Below, piece after piece: positions 27,289 to 39,044 of a stretch of 64,000 bases of DNA (position 1 is the first letter of the stretch; every line of letters starts with the position of its first letter). The position numbers and the translations under genes were made by a program. The DNA is from Raillietiella orientalis (lineage: Eukaryota). Under the pieces are notes generated by a model. It was not told the origin of the DNA and ran no database searches. It was given only the letters and a program-made list of their open reading frames with translations. Location: positions 186,001 through 250,000 of the forward strand of contig JAYWIR010000048.1 in NCBI GenBank assembly GCA_036172245.1. The letters are read 5' to 3'.

Positions 27289-28065
27289 TCAATCCTCGAG
27301 ATTCCGGAGGGTGACGCCTCTCAGGAATTGGCGGAGATGATCCGCCGCACCTGGGAGCCTCGTCCAATCCCCCGGCAGACGCCACGCCCTGAATGGGGGT
27401 CCCTTATCGCATGGCCAAACATCGAATATCAGACGGAAATGGTCGGACAGCGTCGACGTGAGCCTTCCTCGTTTACCGACTCGTGTACACAGGTCGTGGT
27501 CGAGGAAAACGTGGTCGATGCTGTCCTGCATTTCCGGGTGTCCCTCCATCAAGTTGTGCGCACGCATGGCGGAGCACAACTCGATCGGCGCGTTATTCTG
27601 CGTGCAGCACGCACCTGAGAGCAGGCGGAGGTTAAAGTCTCCGGCTATCAGGTGGGCCTTGCGCACTCCTGCATCAGTCAGCCAGTCGCGCTTTAGGTAC
27701 TGGAAGAACTGAGTTCTTTCCGCGTACCCTTTGCTGCCGCTCGGAGCGTACACGTTGGTAACGATGAGATCGATCGTGTCGGACCAGCTGAGAATCATCT
27801 GTCCAACACGACCGTTGTCATCGAAGCGCACGTTCCTCACGGGGGCGTCGACGGCTGGCTTTAAAAAGAACGCGACACCGCAGGTGTTGCGGTAGCTGCA
27901 TCGCCAATACAACCGACCTCCTGCGATCCTCTCGATCTCCTCGACGTCCCTCGCAGTGATCACGTGGATCTCCTGCAGAAGCGCCAGGTCGAATTCTCGC
28001 AGGGTGTCGGCTGTATCTCGCCTGTTGCCGTCGTCGCGCAGCCCGTTGACATTCCAACAGGCCAC
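27289..28065 (-). mobile_element. APE (L1-EN) endonuclease domain of a Tx1/L1-like ORF2, truncated before the RT
   Basis: WNVNGLR, LLQEIH, GVAF, NVYAPS, IAGDFN, IDHVF and LSDHF motifs. Confidence 0.93.
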
Positions 28066-28097
28066 GCGGATCCGTCGGCGACAGGCGAGCCCAGGGG

Positions 28098-29901
28098 TTA
28101 TTCCTGGGAACGTGGCAGTGCGTCTCCCGCCACCTTATCGGGCGGAACGGATGGAGGAGAGGGTGCATCGCGCACCGCTTCTCCCTCCTCCATAGAGGCC
28201 GATTCGGCTGCAGGCATCTTCGGGGGGAGTAGGCGGGTATCCTCTACCTGCACTTCCTCCTCCATGAGGTCCAATTCGTCGGCTGGGCCGGTCGGTGGAA
28301 GGGGGAGGTTGTCACCTACCTGCTCCCCCTCCTCCATGGGGGTTGACAGCTGCCCGGTCACGGGAAGTGGGAAATTCCCTTCCTCCATTCCCACGCTGCT
28401 GGTTTCCCCCCCGGTTGCCGGTGCGTTCTCCTCCTTCTTGGTCGGGATGCGCCTCCTTGGATTCTTGGGCTTCCGTCCCGTCTTCTTTGGAGGCGCCTCC
28501 GCGGAGGAGGATGCACCACCGGCATCCGGATCAGCATCACCTTCTTCAGGTGCCTTCACCGCGGCCAGCCTTCAAAAGGTTTTCGTGGCTGGATCTCTCG
28601 GCCGACGAGTTCGGCCTCGAGCTCTTCCGCTGCCTGTTCGAAGGCGGCGTCCTCGATTACGGAGAGCGCGTCGCACGGCTCCTCCTCTGTTTTCAGAGAG
28701 GGTTCGCCTTCGGGGATCGCGGCTTCGACGCAAACGAGGAGGGGGATATCTTCCCCGGTGGCGACCTCTAAGGTCCCCACTCGCTCCAAAGTGACCGAGC
28801 ATTCGCGAAGTAATGCGCAGCGCTGTCTCCTATTCAAAGGTTTCGCGGATGGCTCCGCTTTCGGGCCTTCGGTTTTCTTTGGTTTCTTTGGCTTCACCGT
28901 CTTCCAGCCCTCGTTCTCACCAGCGTCGTCGGGAGTTTTCTCGACCGGCGTTTGCTCAGAGGGTTCGGGGTCTGGCTTCTGGGCATGCCTTGCTGTAGCC
29001 TCTTTGGGCTTCGACGTTTTTTCCGCGCGTGTCCCTTGAGCTTTTTTCAAAGCGGGGAGAGCCAGAGTTTCGCGCTTTGGGCACACTTTCCGGAGGTGGC
29101 CCTTTTCTTCGCATGAGAAACACTGGATGTGAGGGCACCGTTTTCTCAGGTGCCCTGTGGCATTGCAGTGTCCACAGTACTTGGGTTTCCCCACGTACCA
29201 GACATCAACCTTCTCGTTGGCGACGTCCAGCTTGTGGAGTGGTAACCCGTGGTTTTGATGCACGGTTACACGCGCTGCGGCCATGACACTAAACAGCCTT
29301 CCATAGGTTTGGAAGACGTTGGGCTTGGTCCAGAGAGCGTGCACCGTGCCGTACTTGCTGAGTTCCTCCTGCACGCCCTTTGTCGACATGCGGAGGGTAA
29401 CTCCCGTGAGGTGCGCCACTACGGAGCGGTCCTCAGTCACTGGGAAGAGCTTTCTGCCCTCCAGTGTAATGGGGGTGTTCAGCAGGCGCTGAACCAGCCT
29501 TGCATCCTTGCAAGTCAACTCCACCCGTTGACCTCCACTAAGAACGGAAAGACCTTCCAGCTCTTCCTCCTTCCCGTTAAGCCGCTGCAACTCCCTTTCG
29601 AAGTTGCGAGCGGTATTGCCAACAAAGATATTGTGTACCTAATAGATTAGGGACGGCTTATATCCTTGCTCCTTGTATGCGGCTTGTTCGGCCATGGCAG
29701 CAGCGGATGGTGCTGCAGCCACGGCGCTCCAGGTCCTCGTTGTGGGCGAAGACGGCTCCGAGGGCACGGTTGCACCCTTTTTCAAGGGGACGGATGCCTT
29801 CGCCTCCGTGGGGCGATCGCCCCCACCATCGTGGGCTGGGGAGAGGAACTAGCCTCTCCCACTCCGATCTCCATCGCGGTGCCCGCAGGCATTTCTGCCA
29901 T
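28098..29901 (-). mobile_element. Gag-like ORF1 of the Tx1/L1-like element with two CCHC zinc knuckles (disrupted)
   Basis: CGHCNATGHLRKRC and CFSCEEKGHLRKVC, with TWSAVAA upstream. In-frame TAG at 29639-29641 and frameshifts near 29800 and 28560. Lies directly upstream of the APE ORF. Confidence 0.88.
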
Positions 29902-30870
29902 GGGACACCGACGATGTGTCATACACTCTCACAAACGAAACGGAAAAAAAAAACTTCCCAAACTGGAGCGGTCGGAGTGTAGGAAAAACACGTCCACCAC
30001 GCTTCGACGAGGAAGGCCCTTGGTCACCGCATTCGTGTGTTCGGAAACGACGCGCTTGGCCGACTGCCAAGTACCGGTCTCCCGAATCAAGTGTTTGATG
30101 AGGAACCGATGTTATCAGGAATGGAGTACGAGATTTTTTCATGAGACGTGCACGGGGAAATCCGTTTGAGAAACATCGATGGCGGTCGAGCGTCCCTGGT
30201 CCTCATCGTCCAACAGACCAGCTGCTGCAGACTGCCAGACCGAACGCTCGGCCCTCGCCTCATACTCCGTGAGGTGCCAGTCATCCGGGAATGTGGAAAA
30301 AGGGGTGCGAGTCTGCAGAAGCGCTCTGCGGTTGGCCACACCTTCTTGGAAGCCGCGGCAGCAGGTGCAAGAAGAACGGGCAGCAAACTCGCAGACAGCT
30401 CTTTTCGGATGGTCTCAGTTCGCAAGCTCATGAAGGACGAAGCCCCGGAGGTGCTGGCGAAGGCGTTTTGCGGCCACCCGAGGGCTTGATCTGTCGGCCT
30501 GCATCCTTCGGACTTGCAATGGAGATTCCTTGCCTTACGGAAGAAGTTCCCATTCCAGCCCTGGTTGGTCGGTGAACATGGACGGCACGCCATCCTTTTC
30601 ACCCATTCGGGAAAGCCGCCGTTCGTCGAGGAACGCGTGGTCCATCTGTTTGTTTTGATTTTGTGTTGTACACGTGGCTTCCCACCCCCCTGCAAGTTAC
30701 CTGCTCATTGTTCATCTCAGGGTGGGCAGCAACGGACCAAGCGCGTCGTTTCCGAACACACGAATGCGGTGACTAAGTGCACGAGCTCAAAATAAACACC
30801 GTGCAATGGCGGCCGCCCCTTCAAATTGCCCGGAGAAAAACAAAAACCAGCCTTTTGGCAAGAGAAAGAT

Positions 30871-31487
30871 TTTATTCAGACATTCCCCTGAGGCACGTCC
30901 TCCTTGATGTTCCAGGAGGTCCCCAGACAGCGGCTATAGCAGCACGCCTATCGCCTCACCGGGCCTCGTCTCCTGGAAAAGAACAGACTTTGTGAAAAAA
31001 GCGGTGGCGTCGGAGACTCACGTGACCGGTCGAGAGGCATGCGCTCCCGACTCCAGCCGTCCTCTGCCCCCCGACAGAGCACGGCGGGCAGCCTCTTCCT
31101 TCCTGCTGCCCTCGTTCTTATCAGTCGGTGCTGCGCAGGCTCTCTTGACTGCGCTCCAGATCTGAAAATAAAACGGCATCATTACAGGGAAGGGGGAGCA
31201 AGAAAAGCCGCCAAGGGGGGTGCGAAAGAGCACACCCGAAGGTGGGCTGCTGCCCTGCGCTAGGCAGTCGGAAGGCGCCCGCAACCAACTGCCAGGGCGA
31301 AGGCGGCCGCGCACCGGCTCCACTCACCTATTCCCGTCAGTGATTCACGTGGCCGGTCTCAGCCTCTGAAACCCGGATCTTAAGCGTCCTCTGCCTTCCG
31401 TCAGCGAACACTTGGAATCATTGCATTCCATGCCTCCTGCTCCTCAAGGGTTGATGTTGCCCAAGCATTCCTGAGGGCGCTGCAGAT
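30871..31487 (-). pseudogene. Inverted chimeric copy (C) of the microprotein gene: type-2 exon fused to type-1 intron 1, exon 2 (31161-31022) and exon 3 (30972-30948)
   Basis: About 410 bp near-identical inverted match to 32747-33158. Exon 1 is reduced to CGG GAA TAG before the donor. AATAAA at 30876-30871. Confidence 0.7.
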
Positions 31488-32231
31488 CTGAAAGTACAAG
31501 GAGATTGGAGAGGTCTGAAAGAAAAGCATGAAAGAAAAGCAGCGACGGGGGAAGCGAAAGAGCACGCCCAAAGGTGGGCTGCTGCGCTGCGCGATGCTGG
31601 CGGAAGGCAAGCTAAGGAGGTGAGCGCGTGAGGATCCTCACCATGCGAAACCTGCGAATGCGAAACCTGAGCACAGTCAAGGAAGCATTTACCATCGCCA
31701 TTTACCATCGGAGACATGGTCCAGGAAATCACGCGCACGAAAGGCTTCCGCGGGAACCAAATGTCTTGGCAACCGTGCGGAGAATTCCGAATCTTGCTGC
31801 TCAATTCAACCACAAGCGATGGATTTTGTTTTGCCCGGAGAAGACGCAGGCAGCTGCAGGGAGGGGAGAAGCGTTCTCCGATCATCGTTCACGGCATACA
31901 GGAGGCGCCCATTCGCATGCCCGCCTCCTTGGAGACGCCTCCTTTTCCCCTCAAACACGCGGACTCGCCCGCGGGAGTGACTGCAGCGGGCCATCCATCC
32001 GCTTTGCAACCTGCAACGCGCAGACAGGGAGGTGAGGCACTCCGCCGGATCGTTCGCCTTTCGGAACGAGGACAACGTGATCACGAGAAGCCACCAGTGG
32101 CACCAACCTCTACCTCTGAAGGACCGATGCCGCTGGAGAAACTCAGAAATTCAGGATTGGGACGCTCCGCGTTTCCCTCTAATCAGCCCGCTTGTCCGAG
32201 TTACTGGCAGAGAGTGGAGAGCGACGCCAGC

Positions 32232-32480
32232 ATCTGCGGCGCACTCAGAAACCCCGGCGCAGGATCGACACCTCAAGAGGGAGACAGGTCGCAATGGAAG
32301 GATGCCGACCGTTCTCTGTCGGGGGGCAGAGGACGGTTGGGGTCGGGATCCCCTCGCCCTCGACCAGTCACGTGAGTGAGAGAAACGACCGCGTTTCCAG
32401 CTACTGGCAGGGAGTGGGGACAGGTGGCGGTCGTTGCTGACTCTTTTCGCAGCGATCCGAAGTGCTCCATGACCTACTAA
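32232..32480 (+). pseudogene. Type-2 paralog of the microprotein gene, exons 2-3 only (32232-32371, 32453-32480)
   Basis: 140-nt exon ICGALRNPGAG...SLSGGRGRLGSGSPRPRPVT with CAC|GTGAGT donor, ctgac-tcttttcgcag acceptor, then DPKCSMTY*. The 5' side is replaced by unrelated sequence. Confidence 0.55.
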
Positions 32481-32676
32481 TTGTTCTGTAAGGGAGAAGA
32501 AGTTGTTTTTCGATGCGGCACTGAAGGCACAGCAGAACTTCTTCATTCATGGTCTCCTTGGTTACACTGCAGAATTTCTTCATGGATAGTTTCCTCAGTT
32601 ACCATATTCAAAGGAGAAAGAAAACACAGTCCGGACTGCAGGCGCGTCTTTCGCCAATTAGGAAGAACCGGACACA

Positions 32677-33128
32677 ATGAACCAACGCAGGATATTGATG
32701 TGGGGGTTGGGCGCAGCGGCGGCTGCAGCCTGGATTTACCGGGAAGAGGTGAGTGGAGCCGGTGCGCGGCCGCCTTCGCACTAGCAGTTGGTTGCGGGCG
32801 CCTTCCGACTGCCTAGCGCAGGGCAGCAGCCCACCTTCGGGTGTGCTCTTTCGCACCCCCCTTGGCGGCTTTTCTTGCTCACCCTTCCCTGTAATGATGC
32901 CGTTTTATTTTCAGATCTGGAGCGCAGTCAAGAGAGCCTGCGCAGCACCGACTGCTAAGAACGAGGGCAGCAGAAAGGAAGAGGCTGCCCGCCGTGCTCT
33001 GTCGGGGGGCAGAGGACGGCTGGAGTCGGGAGCGCATGCCTCTCGACCGGTCACGTGAGTCTCCGACGCCACCGCTTTTTTCACAAAGTCTGTTCTTTTC
33101 CAGGAGACGAGGCCCGGTGAGGCGATAG
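32677..33128 (+). CDS. Putative 78-aa membrane-anchored microprotein, copy A (3 exons)
   Basis: Exons 32677-32748, 32915-33054, 33104-33128 with GTGAGT donors and polypyrimidine-CAG acceptors. Product MNQRRILMWGLGAAAAAAWIYREEIWSAVKRACAAPTAKNEGSRKEEAARRALSGGRGRLESGAHASRPVTRRGPVRR*. AATAAA at 33200. Confidence 0.65.
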
Positions 33129-33429
33129 GCGTGCTGCTATAGCCGCTGTCTGGGGACCCCCTGGGGCACCAAGGGGGAGGTTTCCCAGGGGAAGCTGTAA
33201 ATAAAATCTTTTTCTTGCGAAAAGGTTGGTTTTGCGAGTTTCTTCCGTAGAATTATTTCCTGATAGGGGATCCTTTCCAAGTCCCCCTCAAAGAAGGAAA
33301 TGGGAGCGTTCCCTTCCGCGAGTTCCTGCGGAAAGAGTAGGAAAGGAGATTCATTTTGGGCTTTTGCTTCGGAGACAACCAGGCTGGGCGGGATCTCCAT
33401 TCCCGGGATCCCTCTCCAGAAAAGAGTAC

Positions 33430-35520
33430 ACCATTCAATCTCTGAATAAAGCAATTTAAGGCGATGAACTAATCACAGAACACATGCTGGAAGAAGGGGC
33501 ATACAAAAATCGAATCTCCAAATCGAAAACATCCTGAAAAAGAAAGAACGGAATCTTTTCAAGAAAAAACTTGGCATGACCCTTCTGAATAAGAATAGCA
33601 TTCGAAAATTCTAGAATAGGAGAAGAAGGAGAGCAATGAGCACGATACTAGGATACAGAAATTGAACTTGCGCTCACGGGACCTCCAAAAGGTAGAGGAA
33701 TGCTTTTCTCCGAGACTGCAATTCCCCAAAGCACCGAATGAAAAATGAAAGGAAAACATAGTACTCGGAGGAAACCGAGAGATATCTCCTATGAACACGA
33801 CGCCCTTCTCTACTGACGAAGCTGCAAGTCACCTAAGAAAAGCAGAAAAATTGAGCCCAGGAATGGATGGGATCACTTACGCAGGATGGAGGAAAGTGCA
33901 TCCGAACTGCGAAGTGATGACCCCTGCATTCAAAATTCTATCAGGAACGAAGAGAACACTATCCTCCTGGAAGTGTTCGAAGACCATTATGCTCCAGAAC
34001 TCTTCACGAAATGGCAGATTGGAGACCGGTCTCCAGATCCATCATCATCGGTAGATTGTATGCGGATTGCGTTTCCACAAAAGTCAAAGAAAGGATTATA
34101 AGCAGTGAGATCAGAAGGCTTTTGCAGAAAGGTTTGATGCCATTGGATGGAGTACGTGATGAGTACTTCAACTTGCAGACGGGTTTTCATCATGCTGGAA
34201 GATGTTGCAAAGACCCAGGACTAGACTTCGTTGACCTCACAAACGCTTTTCGAAACCTGTCGCACGAGTTTCTGGTAGGAACTCTTCAGGAAACAGAAGT
34301 AGGCGAGAAGTCGCGCTCATGAAAGAAGAATATGAGCACAGCACGGCGTTCATCCAAGTGGAGTTCGGAGTCGCAAGAGTACTGACATTACAACGAGCAG
34401 CAAACCAAGGATGCCTTCTGAGTTCCTTGCTCTTGATATGTTCTTCAGCGTCGGTAATCAAGGCATTCCAGGAACCGTATGTGGAAGACAGTTTATTAAC
34501 TCACCCCAATGACCGGGTGATTCATGTGGTTACCGAAGAAGAACTATAAAAGGGTATATGTCACGCAGAGTAATTACTACAAAGAATCGGACTCACTATC
34601 AATCCTCCAAAGCGCGCAACAGTATTCTACGAAAGAAAAATGCCAAAAGGCTTTAAACACATAGAGATCCTTCTCAGGAATGTCCACATTCCGAACACTG
34701 AATTTTCAGAAATCCACAAGCATTTTAGACAGCCATTCGGAGTCGAGGTCTTCAACAAACAACCTACAAAAGTAGAAATCTCTATTAAAGCGGAAAAATT
34801 TCCATCAGACCGTCACTGTGGGAAAAGTCTGATGCTCTCAAGGTATTTCTGTTTTCTGACCTCATTCACCCCGAGAGGCTAGGGACGCTTCCAAAATCTG
34901 ATTGGAATTTTTTAGACATCAAGAAACGAAGGCTAGCGAAGGAAATAATACACCTTCCTCCGAGTACATATACGATGACAGGAAAGAAGGTTGCCTTGGG
35001 GAAATGAGGCTATCCGATGAAGCTAATGAGGCCTTTTAAGTAGTGGGGGCTAAGCTGGTTCTACAGGGGAAGATCTTCGAATAGATTTAATTGTTTTGCA
35101 AGCTTGCTCGATGCCTATGCCAAATTTCTTGGGCTCCTGATCTGACGGATTATTTGGCAGCCAATGCACTAAAAGGGACTGCTAAACTACAGGTGACAAC
35201 GAAATATGCCCAAAAGGTTGCTTCTGGAAAACTACCAGTCGCTCTCTCCTGCGGTGAAGACGCCGAACCTGCTTTCGGGAGGGAAGGAGCACTCTGCAAA
35301 AGACACGGAAGGTAACACTGCAGCTTGTCTCGCATTTTTGGAGAGGCGAGGATTCCGACGGTGCTCTCTGCTGCATCCGCCATGTGCTTTTGGCCTCCGA
35401 GGTGCACGCCGTGCTATCGGGGTGCGGGTGCCCAGTGCGACCACCTGTTTCCCTGTCCAACCGGCCAAAGAAGGAAGTTTCGTGGGACGCCAGGAAATTT
35501 CCTGCAGCCGTAGCGCGTGA
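33430..35520 (+). mobile_element. Degenerate NeSL/Utopia-like (RLE-type) non-LTR retrotransposon RT region
   Basis: Frameshifted ORFs give TPFSTDEAASHLRKAEKLSPGMDGITY, WRPVS, QKGLMPLDGV, FVDLTNAF, NQGCLLSSLL and GLTINPPK in RT order. Boundaries are approximate. Confidence 0.82.
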
Positions 35521-37198
35521 TACGAGAAGGGACGTTGATGTCAGGATAAGAGGGTGACGATGGGAAAGGGAGACTCTGTGATGTGGAGAGGGAGCAGAAA
35601 TGCAGATCCGGAGTCTCGAGAAGAAGATTCCTCTCAATTCGTTGTGTATCAAGCGTTAGGTGGGGAGGGGCGATGTTGACCAAAACGAAAGTATGCTTTG
35701 CTCAGGATGCAGTTAGGGGATTTCGAGCCGAAATTTGTCCTCAGGCATTTAGACTGTGGGAAAGACGTTGGCGGGAAGGAGAGAAAACTTGTGACCGGTA
35801 AACGGCTCGTCGGACCACTGATGATGGACAATCGCCATATGGGTAACCGTTCGATCTCTTTTGGTTTCCATAGGGTTCGTGCAACGGTTTTCTTGGAGCA
35901 AGCGAAGGTAGAACAAACTGATTGCAGCCACCAGAATGGGTAGGATGACGTGAGGGGAGAGAGAGGAATAAGGCAAAGGTGGGGCTGAAAAAAAAAAAAG
36001 CTTTTTTTCGAATGGAAATGAAGTCTCGGAGCACTGGAAAGAATGGGAGAAAACAGCCGAGTGATGCGCGCGGCCTCTCAGAAGGATGTTCTTTCTTCAG
36101 GAAGGAAGGATTGTAATGATGACAACCTCACCTGCAAAATAAGAAGCAGAAGTCTCGCTGTTGGGAATGCTGTGCTTTTGAAGACAAAGGAAATGTAATG
36201 AGAGAAAAATGCGATGGTAACGTTCTAGGGAAATTGGGGGAGCAGTGCTGCAACGGACATGGTGTAGGAGTCAAGTGTTCCTACTTTTGTGCACGATACG
36301 CTTGCTTGATGAAATGACGCTTCCGTGACGTGTGCTACAGACTGTAGAGATCACAGTGGATGCGATTGGTTAATGCGAAATCAGGGCACGAGACGATTCG
36401 TGCTGCGCATGTGCAAGGCGGTGAACGCGCGCACACTGGCTGCTGGACATGAAGCCAGCAGAACACACGACGTTGGAAGATTGGCGGCAGTTGCGCCGTG
36501 TTGCAGGAGAGCTGCTCATGACTTTGGGTTTGTGCTGGCAGAGGCAGCTGCAGATGAGGGCTGCTGTGAACACCTCCGCCTTCGTCTATTGGCAATGATC
36601 AGCACGAAGAGATGAAGCAAGTGCGCGGCTGCCAAAGAGGTCGGAAACGCCACGTGCGAAAACCAGGAAAAGAGGGGCAGCAACGGAAAGGAGGAAGAAG
36701 ACGACTTCGCACCCGGGAGAGCCGGGGTATAAAGGAGAAGGCGGTGGTATGCTCTCACTAGCGCAGCTTCCACTCAGAACAAACGAAGAGACTGCTAATG
36801 CAGTGGTGGCGATGGCGCTGCCAGAGACGGCATGACGGAACTTCGACGGCTCTCGTGCCGGCGCACTGCGACAGACAACCACCCCTCGTGCTGCCGACGG
36901 CGACCACAGCAGACACGGACCCCATGGCTCTTGCTGAAAAGTAGACGAATCGAGCTGGCATACAAGCAGCTGCGGTGAGAAAAAAAGCAAAAACCATCAA
37001 CGCAGCGAATGCTGTCCGAACTGTAGTCTTCTTCGCTGCAGCAAAATCCACCTGTGTTCCAAGACTGAGGCAACCTTTCAGAAGAGTATCCATCCGCACC
37101 TGGGAAACTGTCGGTATCCATGGAAAAGGAACTCCCCGAGAAATAGAGATGTCCCGACTGCTTACGTCCCTATCGCAAGGGAAGAAGACCTTGCTGGC

Positions 37199-37704
37199 AT
37201 GAACGGGCAAGAAAAGAATACTGCTGTGGGTGCTGGGCGCAGCAGCGGCTTTATCCTCACTATACAAATGGGTTAAGCGCAAGCTCCACCGCCACCGCTG
37301 CCTTTTGTCGCCCAAGTATTTTTTCATGTAGCCGCTTTTGCTAGCTTTCCGCCAGCATCGCGCAGCAGAGCTGCCGACGCTCGGGAGCGCGGCGAGCTTT
37401 TTTGCTTCCTCCTTCGCTGCTTTCTTTGCCTGCCTTTCGAATCTTGTGTTTTCAGATCTATAGCACCCTCAGGAACGTTTGGGCACCATCAACCCTCGAG
37501 GAGCTGGAGGAATCGCAAAGCAATGATGCCGACCGTTCTCTATCGGGGGGCAGAGGACGGTTGGGGTCGGGATCCCGTCGCCCTCGACCAGTCACGTGAG
37601 TGAGAGAAACGACCGCGTTTCCAGCTACTGGCAGGGAGTGGGGACAGGTGGCGGTCGTTGCTGACTCTTTTCGCAACGATCCGAAGTGCTCCATGACCTA
37701 CTAA
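37199..37704 (+). pseudogene. Type-2 paralog of the microprotein gene (disrupted)
   Basis: ATG AAC GGG, +1 frameshift, then KKRILLWVLGAAAALSSLYKW|GT. 140-nt exon 37456-37595 (IYSTLRNVWAP...SGGRGRLGSGSRRPRPVT). The exon-3 acceptor reads CAA instead of the CAG of the 32.4-kb copy. Confidence 0.55.
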
Positions 37705-38430
37705 TTGTTCTGTAAGGGAGAAGAAGTTGCTCTTCGACGCGGCACTGAAGGCACAGCAGAACTTCTTCATTCATGGTCTCCTTGGTTACACTGCAGAATT
37801 TCTTCATCAATGGTTTCCTCAGTTACTATATTCAAAGGAGAAAGCAAACACAGTCCGGAGAGCAGGCGCGTCTTTCGCCAATTAGGAAGAAACGGGCGCA
37901 ATGAACGGACGAAGGCTTTTGATGTGGGGTCTGGGCGCAGCGGCGGCTGCAGCCTGGATTTACCGGGAAGAGGTGAGTGGAGCCGGTGCGCGGCCGCCTT
38001 CGCCCTGGCAGTTGGTTGCGGGCGCCTTCCGACTGCCTAGCGCAGGGCAGCAGCCCACCTTCGGGTGTGCTCTTTCGCACCCCCCTTGGCGGCTTTTCTT
38101 GCTCACCCTTCCCTGTAATGATGCCGTTTTATTTTCAGATCTGGAGCGCAGTCAAGCGAGCCTGCGCAGCACCGACTGCTAAGAACGAGGGCAGCAGAAA
38201 GGAAAAGGCTGCCCGCCGTGCTCTGTCGGGGGGCACAGGACGGCTGGAGTCGGGAGCGCATGCCTCTAGACCAGTCACGTGAGTCTCTGACGCGACCGCT
38301 TTTTTCAAACATTGTTCTTTTCTAGGAGACGAGGCCCGGTAAGGCGATAGGCGTACCGCCAAAGCCGCGGTCAGGAGACCTCCTGGAACATCAAGGAGGA
38401 CGTGCCTCTGGGGAATGTCTGAATAAAATC
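37525..38430 (+). repeat. About 0.9-kb direct repeat of 32301-33210 (type-2 tail plus type-1 microgene)
   Basis: Offset 5224. Near-identical ORF-track peptides in both copies. Confidence 0.9.
37901..38350 (+). CDS. Putative 78-aa membrane-anchored microprotein, copy B (3 exons)
   Basis: Exons 37901-37972, 38139-38278, 38326-38350 with the same splice sites and phases as copy A. MNGRRLLMWGLGAAAAAAWIYREE...RPVTRRGPVRR*. AATAAA at 38422. Confidence 0.65.
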
Positions 38431-39044
38431 TTTCTCTACAAATCGCTGATCTGGACCACTGAAGGAAAGTCGGTGTCCAGTGAGGGTGGGCCAAGGACGG
38501 GGAGAGACATCCTCTTTAGGTGGCAAGGTTTTGTTAGTGTGCAGCAGACGTACGCTGTTTCGCACGAAGATTGGAAAGGAACCTGTTCCTGGTCATCTCA
38601 TGGCATGAGTCACAACAAAGGGTTGCTCCACCCGGCAAAACAAATGCCGTGGAACAAACTCTCCCTCAGGGCTTCAAGAGAACGCTGACCTGCCCACGGA
38701 TGCGAGCGGGCCTCGAAAGAAGAGGAGCCGCAAGGCCGACCACGAGAGAGCCGCGTTTCCGGTCAGACGGTGGCAAGCGACATGGGTCGACGCTCTCGTC
38801 GCCATCCCACAGCCACGAGGAGCATTCGAAACACGCCGAGGCGAATGCGTCAGCTTCCTCATTCCCGTAGGAGAACAATCTTCGCAGCGCCGCCGCTTTC
38901 CCGATCGGCCGGCAAGCGAGCGACCGCGGAAGTTCCCCGCTGGATTCGCGGACCCTGCAGAGCGCTCCGGCGGACGGGGCGTGGCACCGGGAAGGGACCA
39001 CCGTACCTTGTCGTTTCCTACTTCACAATGTCTCTCGCTGTCGG

